A model generated the notes under the pieces. It did not search any database. It was not told the DNA's origin and saw only the letters and a list, made by a program, of their open reading frames with translations. The position numbers were made by a program, and so were the translations under genes. This document shows positions 24,758 through 37,927 of a stretch of 64,000 bases of DNA, in pieces (position 1 is the first letter of the stretch; each line of letters begins with the position of its first letter). This DNA comes from Octopus vulgaris. Its lineage: Eukaryota. Where the stretch lies: contig OX597819.1 of the NCBI GenBank assembly GCA_951406725.2, forward strand, positions 54,498,001-54,562,000. The letters run 5' to 3'.

Positions 24758-26043
24758 TGTTCCAAGAAATTTTCTGTAATTTTGATTTCTGAAGTTTATT
24801 GAATATTTAAACTACAAGTTTTTCACAAATTTAAATATTTATTGCATTCACTGCAAAGTAGATTTTAATCTTTAATAAACAATATTATTCATTTGCAACA
24901 GTCTCTCACTCTTTCTCACCTCTATTTTCATTAATGATAATTCAATATATATTCATTTCAATGATTTTATTTCAAGTTTTAATTTGCTATTTGCAAAACC
25001 CACAGTTTATTCTATATACATAATGTAAAAACATTTATTGAATGAATGAATGAATGCTAATAGACAAAATAGCTGTATAACTTTGAGGTTTATGATATAA
25101 GGCACAATTTCAAGAATAATATCAGTTTCTGGAGTTTGTTAAATGAATATTTTTGATGAAATGAACATTTTTTAATATGCTGGTATAATTTGAAAAAAAA
25201 AAAAAAAATTAAGGAGTGATTTTGTTGGTATGGCTGTTTGGAATGCTATAGGCCTTACAATAATAACTATGTGATTGCTGCTATTTATAGCATGCTAAAC
25301 ATAGTTGGGTTACCTTGAAGTTTGTTTAAATTAGAGATATATATTACAACTACGACAAATTACCGAAAGAAATATTTACTAAGCAAGTGAAATTTTTTAT
25401 AAATTGAACTTTTCAGGAAAATTTATTTTCTGAACTTCCTTTTATTATTGAATAATTCATATACATAGTTTTTAATGAGCTTTTATAGGTTTGACTCTCT
25501 GGAAAACTTTTATAAATTCTTCTCTTAATATATATCGATAAAAAGGCAGTTTGAAGCATCTCTTATTATTTAATATCATAAATTTAAATATTTGTTGCCA
25601 AGCTTTACGATCACTGCAGCGTAGGTTTCACCATTTGATAAACAATATTAATATGTTCTGGCAAAATTTTTCATTTTCATTTGCAACACAGTCTCTCACT
25701 CTCACTCTCTCTCTCTCTCTCTTCCACCTCTAATTGTTTTCATTAATAGTAATTTACTTAAATATATATTCATTGCAATTTTTTCATTTCATGTTTTATT
25801 TCGTTATTTCAGATGAGGAAATCAGGTATTTTGTTGACTTAAATTTGCTGTGTAAATGCTCGGCACAGGAGTGGTTGTGTGGTAAGTAGCTTCTTACCAA
25901 CCACATGGTTCCAGGTTCAGTTGCACTGTGTGGAACCTTGGGCAAGTGTCTTCTACTATAGCCTTGGGTTGACCAAAGCCTTGTGAGTGGATTTGGTAAA
26001 AGGAAACTGAAAGAAGCCCGTCATATATATATCTATATGTATA

Positions 26044-26566
26044 AATTGAGATAGGGGTTGTGAGTGCAACCCACCATGGGATAACAATATCCAATATAGT
26101 GCCAGTAAAGCACCCAACAAAGTTAATACATAAATGTTAAGAATTGCGATGCAATTAATTCATTTATTGTATTATATGGGCGAAGGTAAAATGTTTTACC
26201 ACAAATTCATAATACAAAATAAGAAAATGGAGGAATACACCTTAATCAGTAATCAACAACCAGATAATACCAATTCACATAATTTATTAACCAACAACAT
26301 ATGAACATCAAGGTCAAACACAATAATACAGAACAAAATAGTGCACATCAATGAGTAATATATTACAATATAGTTTATATTTATATTTATTTATTTATAC
26401 GTATTGTACTTATTGTATCATATTACTCATTGATGTGCACTGTTTTGTTCTGTATTATTGTGTTTGACCTTGATGTTCATATGTATTTGGTTAATAAATT
26501 ATGTGAATGGGTATTATCTGGTAGTTGATTACTGATTAAGGTGTATTCCTCCATTTTCTTATTTTG
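26044..26566. mobile_element. Penelope-like insertion with an inverted terminal duplication, inside a SINE microsatellite
   Basis: Arms ~26212-26370 and ~26410-26569; flanking duplication TATCTATATGTATA at 26030-26043 and 26567-26580. Confidence 0.7.
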
Positions 26567-26576
26567 TATCTATATG

Positions 26577-26607
<31 letters not shown>

Positions 26608-27646
26608 TTGTATGTCTGTGTTTGTTCCCCGTCAACATTGCTCGACAACTGATGCTGGTGTGTTTACATGCCCGTAACTTGGCAGTTCGGCAAAAGAGAC
26701 CGAAAGAATAAGTACTAGGCTTACAAAGAATAAGTCCTGGGGTCAATTTGCTTGACTAAAGGTGGTGCTCCAGCATGGCTGCAGTCAAATGACTGAAACA
26801 GGTAAAAGAATAAAAAATACTAGAAAACAATTATATTGGACAACTTATTAACACTTAATGAAGCTTTGAACTCATTTGACTTTATTTCCTTTCCGCTATT
26901 ATCTAAGAATTATCAAGTGAGTTTGTTGCTATGGCAATTTGATACACTATAGGTATTAAAATATCTCTGTGATCACTGCTATTTTTTTGCACACTAAATG
27001 TATTTGGACTACCTTGATGTTTGTTTAAAAAAGAGAGATTATGACTGTGATAAAATAATGAAAGCAATATTTATTAAGCAAGTGAGCACTATTATACAAA
27101 GAAATAATTAGACCTAAAATACCATAAAAATTATAAGAATTGGGAATCAAATGAGAAAATATTATCAAGTGGTAATAAGTAGTAGAAAACTAGCAGTCTT
27201 TCTGTTAGTGAATTTAATAAGGTTATAATACCCATCAATTATGTTTTTTCCTGTTATATTTGTATTAAAACACTCTTCTTGGTTAAATACAGAGTATCAT
27301 TATTGGAGGAATTTGTAAATTTTTCAATAACAACCAAATGTTGATTAATTAAAGATAATTCAACAGAAATTAGCATGTTTATTCTATTCAGAGGTATCAA
27401 TTAGTTATAGTTAGAGTAAGGCCCAATGGCTTCAATGAAACAATAACATTTGATATGCAAGAAATCAATATTCTGTTATCTGTACATTCAAAGGAACATA
27501 TGAAAAACAACATTCAACAGGAACTTGGGCAAAAATGACAACAAAATAATACTCGAGATACCATAGCATAGTTAACAAGAATGTTTAGCTGAATATCAGA
27601 ATTCGAAAATATATAGAGAATATTTTTCAAGTATGCATGAGTTTAC

Positions 27647-27816
27647 CTTCTGTCCGGAACTTTAAAAGTTTTTCGCATAAACTCAGCTTGTTTCAGCTTA
27701 TCATCCACAATCAATTGATGTATTGTCTCGTGTAAAGTCAGGTCAATATAACGCCGGTTAAATTCCTCTTCAAATTTCTGCTGCATATCCAGCAACTTGA
27801 TTTGTTCTTCTGTTTG
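27647..27816 (-). CDS. VPS16: VPS16 exon 20 (QTEEQIKLL...FKVPDR-R)
   Basis: CAG/GTAAAC boundaries, phase 0 to 2. Confidence 0.93.
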
Positions 27817-28461
27817 CTGATTGAGTTGGTGCCAATAATAAATAAAAGATTTGACACATTAGTGAATACATTGTAAAATCTATTATCAAAGAGATTTTCA
27901 AAACTTCTATAAAAACCTGTTGTACTACTTTTAACAATTATTTAACCCTTTATGATTTAAACTCATACACTGTTCACTTTCCAGACATTTGTACATTACT
28001 GCATATGCTTTATACACACTTTTGACAAGTTGTGGTGCACCTGAGCACAGTATACAATAATTTCATTATTTTATATATAAACCAACCATATTTAGCCAAA
28101 ATATTCTGTTTTATGTTCAAACTAGCCAGATCCAGCTTTTCATACCTACCCTAAAATGTTATTTGAAAAACAATTACATCATCAAGATCTCAAACTTACA
28201 AGATAATATATGATTAATTCAAAACAATGTGAATAAATAAGCATTACATTTGACAGAGTAATCTGAATGTTAAAGGGTTATAACTGTTGCTTAGACACAA
28301 GTGAGCCCTGGTCAAGCAACCTCAGATCAAAGGCATTCCAGCTGTAACCATACGTTCAATTGGTATACCATGGATTATACTGTCCCCAAATAAGAGAAAG
28401 ATTGAGTTCCAATGACACATGAGCTTGTATTTTTTGAATTTCAAAATTAAAAGTTGCTTAC

Positions 28462-28539
28462 CTTAGTAATGAATTCATTTTTTGATTTATTAAAACGAAT
28501 CACAGCATCCTTAAGTGCACACATTCGGTCCTCTAATCG
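28462..28539 (-). CDS. VPS16: VPS16 exon 19 (RLEDRMCAL...KNEFITK)
   Basis: CAG/GTAAGC boundaries, phase 0 to 0. Confidence 0.9.
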
Positions 28540-29017
28540 CTGCAATAACAATAAAATATATTTGTACATAAATGAAAATGATTTTTAGCATGAATCCAAA
28601 CATTTAATCTAGCAGTTTCTTCGCAAAGTTATTTTGAGCTTGTTATGCTGCTGCAGGCTGGCTGCAAGTGTCAGTTATGATAAAGTTCAACTTCAGCATA
28701 ATGCAAGTTGATGTAGTGTAGAATGTAAACATGTAGCATAAACATTCAGACATCACCACCATCTTTACAAATCCTACTGCATTTCACACAGAATTGTCAT
28801 TCCTCCAAATCCATCTTGGTGTATAAGTTGACTTACCTTTTTTTGGCTATAAATTTTGGTTTACAAAATTCAACTTTTATGCTGGGAAATATGGTAAGTT
28901 CATCTTCTGAACTATTAACTACTCATTGCTTTTTGGGAGAATTAAAAAAACTTGTAATTTTTGTAACTTTGAAATATAATTTTAATCAATATATATATAT
29001 ACACACATACATGCATG

Positions 29018-29902
29018 CAGGGTGTGACGGGTAAATTGTTGCCATTTTATATTTTAAATTTCATGCATGTGCATTGTTTATTTTTGATTTTGTTGACTAC
29101 ACAGTATAGTAAGGTCAGTTGGGCACCATCTGTGAGAAAAACAGCACCATGATGCAATTCACTCTGCCAGAAATTTGGAAACAACATGTTATACTGCTTG
29201 GTATTTGTGCTAGAAGCTCCAATATAAACAAATGGTGAACACACAGAACTGTTGGCTTGCTGTGTTGCCAAACCATGTACCGATTTTTGATAAAAATCAA
29301 ACATCCAACCAACATCATGGTGTTTGGAGTGATCACTAGTGATGGCGATGTTATAACTCCAGTCATCTTCCCACACAGCCTCAGACTCAACATGGAGGCC
29401 TACATCAAATGCCTGGAGGAGATAGTGCTGCCCTGGGTAAGAGGGTGGCTGCTGGAAGAGTCTATGTCTGACAACAGGACTCTGCACCATGCCATACAAG
29501 CAGGAGAACATAGTCATGGCTGTCAGACAATTTCTGCGACCACATCACCCCAATATCTGGCCACCTAATTTCCCAGACTGCAACCCCCTTGATTATTATG
29601 TGTGGGGTGCAGTTGAGTGAGAGACCAACAAAACTTCTTGTAACACCAAAAATGAACTGAAGGCAAGAATTATGGCAGTATTCACCAACTTAAACAAGGA
29701 GACCGTCCAGAAGAGTTGCAGAAGATTTTGAAGTCGTCTGGAGGCCATGGTTGAAGCCAATGGCGATTTTATAGAATAAATTTACTCTTTAGTATTTCAA
29801 GATATTTTTATGTAATTTTAGTAAATATATCTTTTAAAACGAGATGTCAGTGTTATTTTCATTTCTGCATAATTTAGATGATAATATATTCACCACACCC
29901 TG
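29018..29902 (+). mobile_element. Tc1/mariner (maT/DD37D-like) element with a decayed, deleted transposase
   Basis: CAGGGTGTG termini; peptides KHPTNIMVFGVITSDG...YIKCLEEIVLPW, QQDSAPCH and WPPNFPDCNPLDYYVW. Confidence 0.85.
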
Positions 29903-30032
29903 TATGTACGTATGTACGTTTGCACGCACATGCACACACATACACACACACACACACTAGGCTGGCATCAAGAACTCAGAAATGAATATCAATTAAAAAA
30001 TATGTCAGAATTAAAACCAAATCAATACTTAC

Positions 30033-30137
30033 TTCGTAAGTGAAGCTATCAATTATGTGACATAAGCCATCTTCTAAATAGTTATCTTCTGTATAATACA
30101 TGTTCTGAAGTTCCTTGCGGTTCTGTTTTCGACAATA
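30033..30137 (-). CDS. VPS16: VPS16 exon 18 (YCRKQNRKELQNMYYTED...FTYE)
   Basis: CAG/GTAAGT boundaries, phase 0 to 0. Confidence 0.92.
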
Positions 30138-30963
30138 CTGTTAATACAAAATTAAACAAAATTAGAGTGATTGATTCATAATTACTTAGGTAAGTAAAGT
30201 ATGGGGTGGTTATACTTCATTGAGGAGGTCAGAATAAAACCAAAACTTGTGTGCAGTTGTCTCCTGCGCTTGCCAGAAAATTCTTAACCAGTATAGGCGC
30301 AGACACGTCTGTGAGGCACGGGCATGGTCATGAGGTTAATAAATTTGCTCCCCAACAAAGTGATTCTGAGTTCAGTCCCACAGCATGGCACTTTAGGCAA
30401 GTGCCTTCTACTAGAAACATGGGCTGACTAAAGACTTGTGAGTAGATTTGGTAGAGGGAAAATGAAAGAAGTTTATCATGTGTATATGTACTTGTAGGTA
30501 TGTGTGTATGTGTGTCTCTCTCTTTGTGTTGATAAAATTTGGTAATTGTAAGTGCCACTGTCTTATAAGCAGTGTCTTTTGTTTTCAACCTCCTCTGAAA
30601 ACATGTCTGGCATGGGGAAATATGACCTTGCTTGGAAACAAGTAAGGGTTGGTGACAGGAAGGACATCCAGTTATAAAAAATTTACCTCATTGAATTCTA
30701 TCTCCTCCATGCAAGCATGGAAAAGTGGACGGCACAAATTATCTGAAAGCGCCCAACCATAAATATATTGCAAACAGAAAGAAACAAAAGTAAAAATACA
30801 CACATAAACAAACAAAAAAGAAATTAGTAAATAAGGTTAATAATTGTGCATTTGGTCAGCAGTTTCATTTGAAACAAACTCACTACAAATGTAATGAATT
30901 TACTACATTCATATACCTTATGGCAGAGATAGAATGTGTATGAAGGTTTACCAATACACTCAC

Positions 30964-31058
30964 CTGTAAGTAGAGGAAATAAGCCATTGGCATATTGCGG
31001 ATTTGACGTGGAAAATCTGACGAATTAGAGTCCTGTAGTTTCAGTAAAACTGTATATA
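30964..31058 (-). CDS. VPS16: VPS16 exon 17 (YTVLLKLQ...AYFLYLQ)
   Basis: Poly-T tract with CAG acceptor; GTGAGT donor. Confidence 0.92.
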
Positions 31059-31771
31059 CTGCAGAACAAAAAAAAAAAAAAAAAAAGAAGATTATGTTAT
31101 GGTGTTAATATATTAATTATAATATGATAGTAGAGGAGTAGAGGCAGAAATAGCAGACTGTCAGTCTATGTTTAAAGTTGAAATTTGACTTGGGTCAACT
31201 TTGCCTTTCATCATCCCAAAGTATGGAGGTCAACTCGATAAAATTTTCCACTCTGCAAACATGTGACTTTAGTGCCTTGACACATATTTGCAGAGGAGTA
31301 ACTGAAAGTAGCAAATGAATGCTAACTGCTAAGACAAACTAATATTATGTAGATGTAGAGGCACAGTCTGTCTGTGTGGGTGAGAAGTTTGCTTCACAAC
31401 CACATGGTTTCAGGTTGAGTCCTTCTGTGTTACACCTGTGTTAAGCCATGCCTAATGAGTGAATTTGGTAGACAGAAACTGTACAAAGCCTGTCATCATC
31501 ATCATCATCATCATTTAGCGTCCGTTTTCTATGCTAGCATGGGTTGGACGGTTCAACTGGGGTCTGTGAAGCTGGAAGGCTTCGTCAGGCCCAATCAGAT
31601 CTGGCAGTGTTTCTACGGCTGGATGCCCTTCCTAACGCCAACCACTCCGTGAGTGTAGTGGGTGCTTTTTACGTGCCACCCGCACAGGTGCCAGACAGAG
31701 CTGGCAAACGGCCATGAACGGATGGTGCTTTTACGTGTCACCGGCAAGGGGGCCAGGCAAGGCTGGCAACG

Positions 31772-31813
<42 letters not shown>

Positions 31814-32005
31814 ACAAAAAAATAAATAAAACATATGCATATATACATACATATATGTACTACCTACATCTATATGTATATAAACATGCATATATGGGTA
31901 CAGGACATCAAAAAAATGAACACAATGAGAAACGAAAACATAAAAGCAGAACCGTGGAAATGGACATTTTTTTAAACAACGAAAAAACAGGCTACAAGAC
32001 ATACA

Positions 32006-32040
<35 letters not shown>

Positions 32041-32545
32041 CGTTTATGAACTTGTGTTGCAAGATTCCTGATGTGAAACTGTGTTGAAACAGATCATGTT
32101 CTGTTTCAGAATGGTAATTTTTTATTCCTTTTTTGCCAAATAAATGCATGCACTATATATTCGTTCTTCACTCATTTATTACTGTTCTTATTCTAACTCA
32201 TGTCTATTGTCCGGAAATATTTTGTCACACAAATATTTCCTGTTCATACAACAGGAAATGTGACCTGTTCATATAAGAGAACAGAATGGACTAAGCGGAG
32301 CAGGAGCACACATGAGGATGGAAAGTGTTGATGAAGAGGTCACAGATGTGTGACAAAAGATTTCCAGACAATGGACACGAGTTAGAATAAGAACAGTAAT
32401 AAACAAGTGAAGAACGCATATATAGTGCCATCCTGAAATACAAATATATATAGTACAAATTTACAGAAAACAAAAGATGAAGACAGGTGTATTAGTTTAA
32501 TGGTCAGGAAGAAGGGATATATGTGTGTATATGTATATATATATA

Positions 32546-35500
32546 CAAGATACAAGACACAATATACAAGACCACCACAGCAAACAGACCCAAGGTGGAC
32601 ACCGCCGGCAACAGCATACACCTCACCTCGATGCTCCTACTGAACATCAGAGGACTGCAAACACTCAGTAACAGGACAAAAATCCCGTTCTTGAGAGACT
32701 TTGTTGCATGCAATCAAGCCTTATGCATAGCACTTACAGAAACGCACCTGAAACTGGACATAGCAGATGCGGAATTACACATACCACAGTATGTTGTACT
32801 ACGGACCGACAGAAAAGAAAGGAGTCATGGAGGAGTCGCTATGTACATCTGTGAGGACCTCACACCCCAGGTCCTTTTGTCATACTCAAACTCGGTGTGT
32901 GACACACTAATTGTACATATAAGGCAACTTGATGTAGTTGTGTGTGCTACATATCGCCCTCCAGATGCCCCAAGCCATGTAGGCAAGTTTGAAGACTGCC
33001 TTATAAAAATAGAAGAAGTTCTAATCACATTAGAACAACACATAAGTGTACTTCTTATGGGAGACTTCAATCTACCCAATGTCAGATGGCCCGAGGGCCT
33101 TTCTCTCCCAGGAATGACAAGATGTGAACGAGGACAGGCGAGGTCCCTCCTGAACCTCATCAACACCCTGTACATGGAGCAAGTAATACTCCAACCAACC
33201 AGGGCAGGTAACACACTGGATCTCTGCTTCACAAATAATATGGATCTCATCCATAATGTGAAAGTGACACCGACACTACTCTCAGATCACAACATGGTAG
33301 AGCTGACCATGTACGGGCCAAAGGAAAGCATGGACATGCAGCCTACAAGAAACCCTCAGAATCTTTCCAGCTTGAACTTCCATAAGGCAAACTGGAAACA
33401 AATTGAGAAAGAGATCCTCAAACAAAACTGGCCTGAATGTCTCTCCTCGCCAGACATCGACGTGAAACTTCAACAATTCATGTCTGTAATGCAAGCCATA
33501 TGCTACAAATGTGTCCCAGAGAGAAAGGCCACTGTACACAAGAACAAAATCCCCAGAGAGAGGAAAATTTTAATGAGACAGCATACAAAAATTTCAAATC
33601 ACCAAAACAAACAAATTGAAAGCAGTGAAAAGTCCCGCCTGAAAATAAAACTGTTGGAAATTGAAAAAATGTCTGCTGCAACTCTCCCATGAAAAGGAAA
33701 GAGCAGACAAAGAAGCCTGGGCTATAGACAACATAAAATCTAACCCCAAAGCTTTCTACAGGTATGCCAAAGAAACAGCTACGGTGCACTGTAGGATAGG
33801 GCCACTCCTTGAAAAGGATGGCACACTCACAAGAAAACCAATGAGGGTAAGTGAAATACTGAATGAGCAATTCAAGAGTGTTTTCACTCCACCCCTTGGG
33901 CATTTCCAAATCACCAATCCAACTGACTTCTTTACCACTGCAGATATAAAATCAGAGGCGGCGACGATAAATTACATCGATATAAAGGAAGACGATGTAA
34001 TAAAGGCTATAGATGAAATGAAAATAGACTCAACTACTGGCCCCGATGGATTCCCAGCAATCCTCCTAAAAGTATGTAAGAGAGTCCTAGCAAGACCACT
34101 GCAGTTCCTCTTTCAGAGCTTCCTTGCAGCTGGCAAACTTCCAAGAAAACTGAAGGAAGGTAAAATATGCCCTATTCATAAAGGAGGTAGCAGAGCGGAG
34201 GCCAAGAACTACAGACCTATCTCTCTGACCTCACACATCAGCAAGGTCATGGAATGAATAGTCAGAAGGAAACTGATCACCTTCCTTGAAGAAAATGACT
34301 TGCTGCCTGACACCCAACATGGTTTCCGACCAGGGAGAAGCTGCTTAACTCAGCTCCTACAACACTATGACTGGGTGCTGAAACGACTGCTCAACCACTC
34401 AAATGTGGAAGTGATATATCTCGACTTTGCAAAGGCCTTTGATAAAGTCGATCATGGAATGATATGTCACAAACTGCGTGATCTCAGCATAGTTGGAAAA
34501 CTGGGAGAATGGCTTCATGACTTTCTGAAAGATAGAAGTCAGGTGGTGGTAGCCAATGGGGCCACTTCCATTAACACGCAAATAGTGAGCGGTGTTCCAC
34601 AGGGCACTGTTTTGGGACCACTACTGTTCATAATGGCCCTCTCAGACATGCCCTCAGCCACGCAGAGAGCCACAATCACAAGTTATGCAGATGATACAAA
34701 AGTTTCACAGGCAATACAGAACCCTGAGGACACTAAACGCCTGCAATGTGAGCTGGACAAAATATACAAGTGGGCTGAAAAGAATAGCATGCAGTTCAAT
34801 GCTGAAAAGTTTCAAGCTTTATACTATCAGCATGCAAAACTAAATGCAATACCCAATGAATACACTGGACCCGGAGGAATTGCAATCCCAGAGGCACAAT
34901 CAGTGCGTGACCTGGGTATTTACATGAGTGATGACGCAACCTTTCGTGTACATGTTGCTAAATTGGCAATGAAATGTAGACGACTGGCCGGATGGATTCT
35001 CAGAACCTTTAGAACAAGAGAACAAGAAACCATGATGGTCCTCTGGAGGACACTTGTCCTAAGCCACTTTGACTATTGCTCTCAGCTATGGTCACCATCC
35101 AGTGTCAAGTTGATCACAGAACTTGAGGCGATCCAACGTAGCTACACGAAGAAGATAGCCTCTATGCAGAATATAAGCTACTGGGAGAGACTCAAGAGAT
35201 TAAAACTCTATTCCTTGGAGCGTAGGCGAGAAAGATATGCCATAATATACATCTGGAAGATCCTGGAGGGACTTGTCCCAAACTTTGGCATCGAGAGTCA
35301 CACAAATGCCAGAACTGGGCGCCACTGCGTGGTGCCTAGGACTCCAAATTTGCCATCAAGATGTAGGACAAGATACTGTGATAGCCTGGGCTTCCGAGGC
35401 CCACAGCTCTTCAATATCCTCCTGAAGAATCTAAGAGACCTGCATGGGGTGGATGCAGATGTCTTTAAAATGAAACTGGATCTCTTCTTGTCAGGTATCC

Positions 35501-35680
35501 CAGATAAACCAACTCCACGGCAGGAGGTGCAGATGAGGGCAGCTGCATCGAACTCTCTCATGCACCAAATGGCAGTTGCTAAAAGGCATTCGTGAAGTAA
35601 AACCATGTAGCAACACCAAATGGCGGTGCCCCAGTATGGCCACAGCTCATGAGCTGAAACTAGAATCAATCAATCAATCA

Positions 35681-35683
<3 letters not shown>
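32546..35683 (+). mobile_element. 5'-truncated CR1-group LINE (APE endonuclease plus RT ORF2) with two disabling lesions
   Basis: EN motifs LTETHL, YRPP, GDFNLP, LDL, SDH; RT motifs GPDG, NYRPISLTS, QHGFR, YLDFAKAFDKV, SGVPQGTVLGP, YADD. Frameshift at about 33661-33692, TGA at 34255-57, (AATC)5 tail. Antisense within VPS16 intron 16. Confidence 0.93.
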
Positions 35684-35725
<42 letters not shown>

Positions 35726-36627
35726 ATATACACACGCACATGTAAATATGTATAATTATATGTGTGTGTATATTTTTGTGCTTGGCTGCACTTGCACGTA
35801 TCTGAAAATCATTAAGTTGCAAGTAGTGCTGTTGTCATTTTCCTTTGTGCTTTGAAAGACAAGTAGAATAAGAGATCCTTTACTTGAAAAACAGGTGGAG
35901 ATTAGTGATAAAAGGGCATCCGATTATAAGATAATGCCTCTAATGATATATTCATTTAATCCTAGATAGCATGGCAAAAACCCCAGATATATAATAAATA
36001 GTAATGATAAAAATTAGTGTGTAGAAAAGATTATATATGTTGGACAATGGACATATGATGATATATATATATATAATTAATTGCCTGATAATGTATAGAT
36101 TTAACAATCAAGTATGAGGATCCCATAAATACACTGATCATTCAATCAGTAACACCAACAGCACATGGCTGTGTTTATACTCAGCTCAACTCATTAGAGC
36201 TACTGTGGGTGCACAAGCTAAATCTACTTTATTAACCTTTTTGTTACTATAATTCTGTCGAAATATACTGCTTTTGTTTCAGTTAATTTTGAAAATAACG
36301 ATGAACTTAGTAATATAACTTTGCTTTTATTAAGATAGTATTTTGAGCATAAATTAACAGGAAATTTTGATGGGAGGCTTTAATTTAGCTTGTTTTTGTA
36401 TTTGGTTTGCAAGATTCTTGATATGAATTTGTGTGTTGAAACAAATTTTGTTTTGGGAGGACCATCATGCCTTTAAAAGTTTGTGTGTTTATTATTAGTG
36501 GCCTAATGACCCTCTCAAGACACAACAAGCTTTAATTTAGATCAATATAAAATAGGAAGTTTGTATCCTAGACCCACAGGTAATTTTGAGTGGGTTGGTA
36601 TCAAAAGGATCGATGATGCATATTTAA

Positions 36628-36826
36628 CCCTTTCATTACTAACCCGGCTGAAACCAGCACTGGCTCTGAGTACAAATGTCTTGTTTTCATAAGTTTTGAA
36701 TAAAAATCTTCCACCAAACCTTAGTCATAATTTATGTTCCTAACACTAGCTGAATGATAACTAAGTTATTTTACTAAACTCTTTGTTATATTTAAAGTAA
36801 TTGAAAGAAATACAGTAACAAAAGGG
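36628..36826. mobile_element. piggyBac-like MITE (same family as 41366, opposite orientation)
   Basis: TTAA|CCCTTT...AAAGGG|TTAA. Related TTAA-CC(C/T)TTT elements are at ~27946-28277, ~36236-36608, ~50021-50240 and ~56162-56310. Confidence 0.75.
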
Positions 36827-37818
36827 TTAATGATTTATCATCAAAGCTGTGTTGCTTTTCTTTTAGTCAGGTGAGAAGTTCTGTATTTATGACCCTTTAT
36901 AGGGCATCTGAGAAGTGGAAAGGAGAGAGAGAGAGAGGTATCTTTAAACTGGAGACCTAGCTTGAATGTTTGCAAAAGAGTGGACTTCATTAAAGGCACC
37001 AAAGGGCCATGTAATAATACTGAACTGAGTGATGGACTAACAAGCCATAGTGGGATTTGAACTCAAAATGTAAAAAACTAAAAGAAATACTGTAAGGTCT
37101 CTACTCTGATGCTTTAAAATTTCTGCCAGTCCATCTCCCTAGACTGTTATTATATTCATTGACCTTGGAAAAATGAAAGACAAAGTTGACCTGAGTAGAA
37201 TTTGATCTTGCAGTGTAAAGTATGAGAATATACATTGCAAAACATTTTGTCCAATGCTCTAATGATTTGGTCAATTTGTCACTTTGATGCTGTGATGTAA
37301 GAAATATAAAAGAGAAAACCAGCTATCAGAACAAAAACAAGCATGTGTTTACATAATTAACACCATAAGAAGTTGGTTGGAAGGAAATTACACTTACTTT
37401 ATATGTCAGATACACAACAGACTACCTTTATAAGGTGGAGGAAACAGTTAACTGAAGTAACTAGGCCTACCACATTTTTGTCAGAAAATTGTGTCAGTTG
37501 AAACAATTTGGTCTCTCTATGCAGAGAAGACATTTTAGGAAGACTTCTTGAGGTAAATGGTTCTTTTTTAACACAAACTCTGATTTTATCCGGTACAAAA
37601 GTACAATTTTGTTCAGGTGGTGGAATAGTCAGTACAAGTATATAAAAATACAAGTTGCAGAGAATTCACAATAAATTTACCATTGCAAATATTGAAACAT
37701 CTATATTATGATTCTATGGCTAATTTCTCTGTTTATATATGATCAGGCAACAAAATATGCCCCAAAGTCTTAAACAAATTTTAAGTGAAATAGGATGTGA
37801 ATGACTGCTGTCTCTTAC

Positions 37819-37927
37819 CAAGATCTGTATCACCACTACTGATAGCCTTTGACAATGCCAATTCATTCCTATTCATTTTCATTAATAGTGGAACTTGTTC
37901 TGAAGCTTTAGGTTCGAACTCCAAAAG
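37819..37927 (-). CDS. VPS16: VPS16 exon 16 ([15 protein letters not shown]...SGDTDL)
   Basis: AAG acceptor, GTAAGA donor; highly conserved Vps16 C-terminal motif. Confidence 0.94.

Noticed and set aside
32060-32112. CTGATGTGA...GAAAC hairpin as a hammerhead
   Set aside because: The core is non-canonical, GAAA is sequestered in an 8-bp hairpin, and there is no proper stem I.
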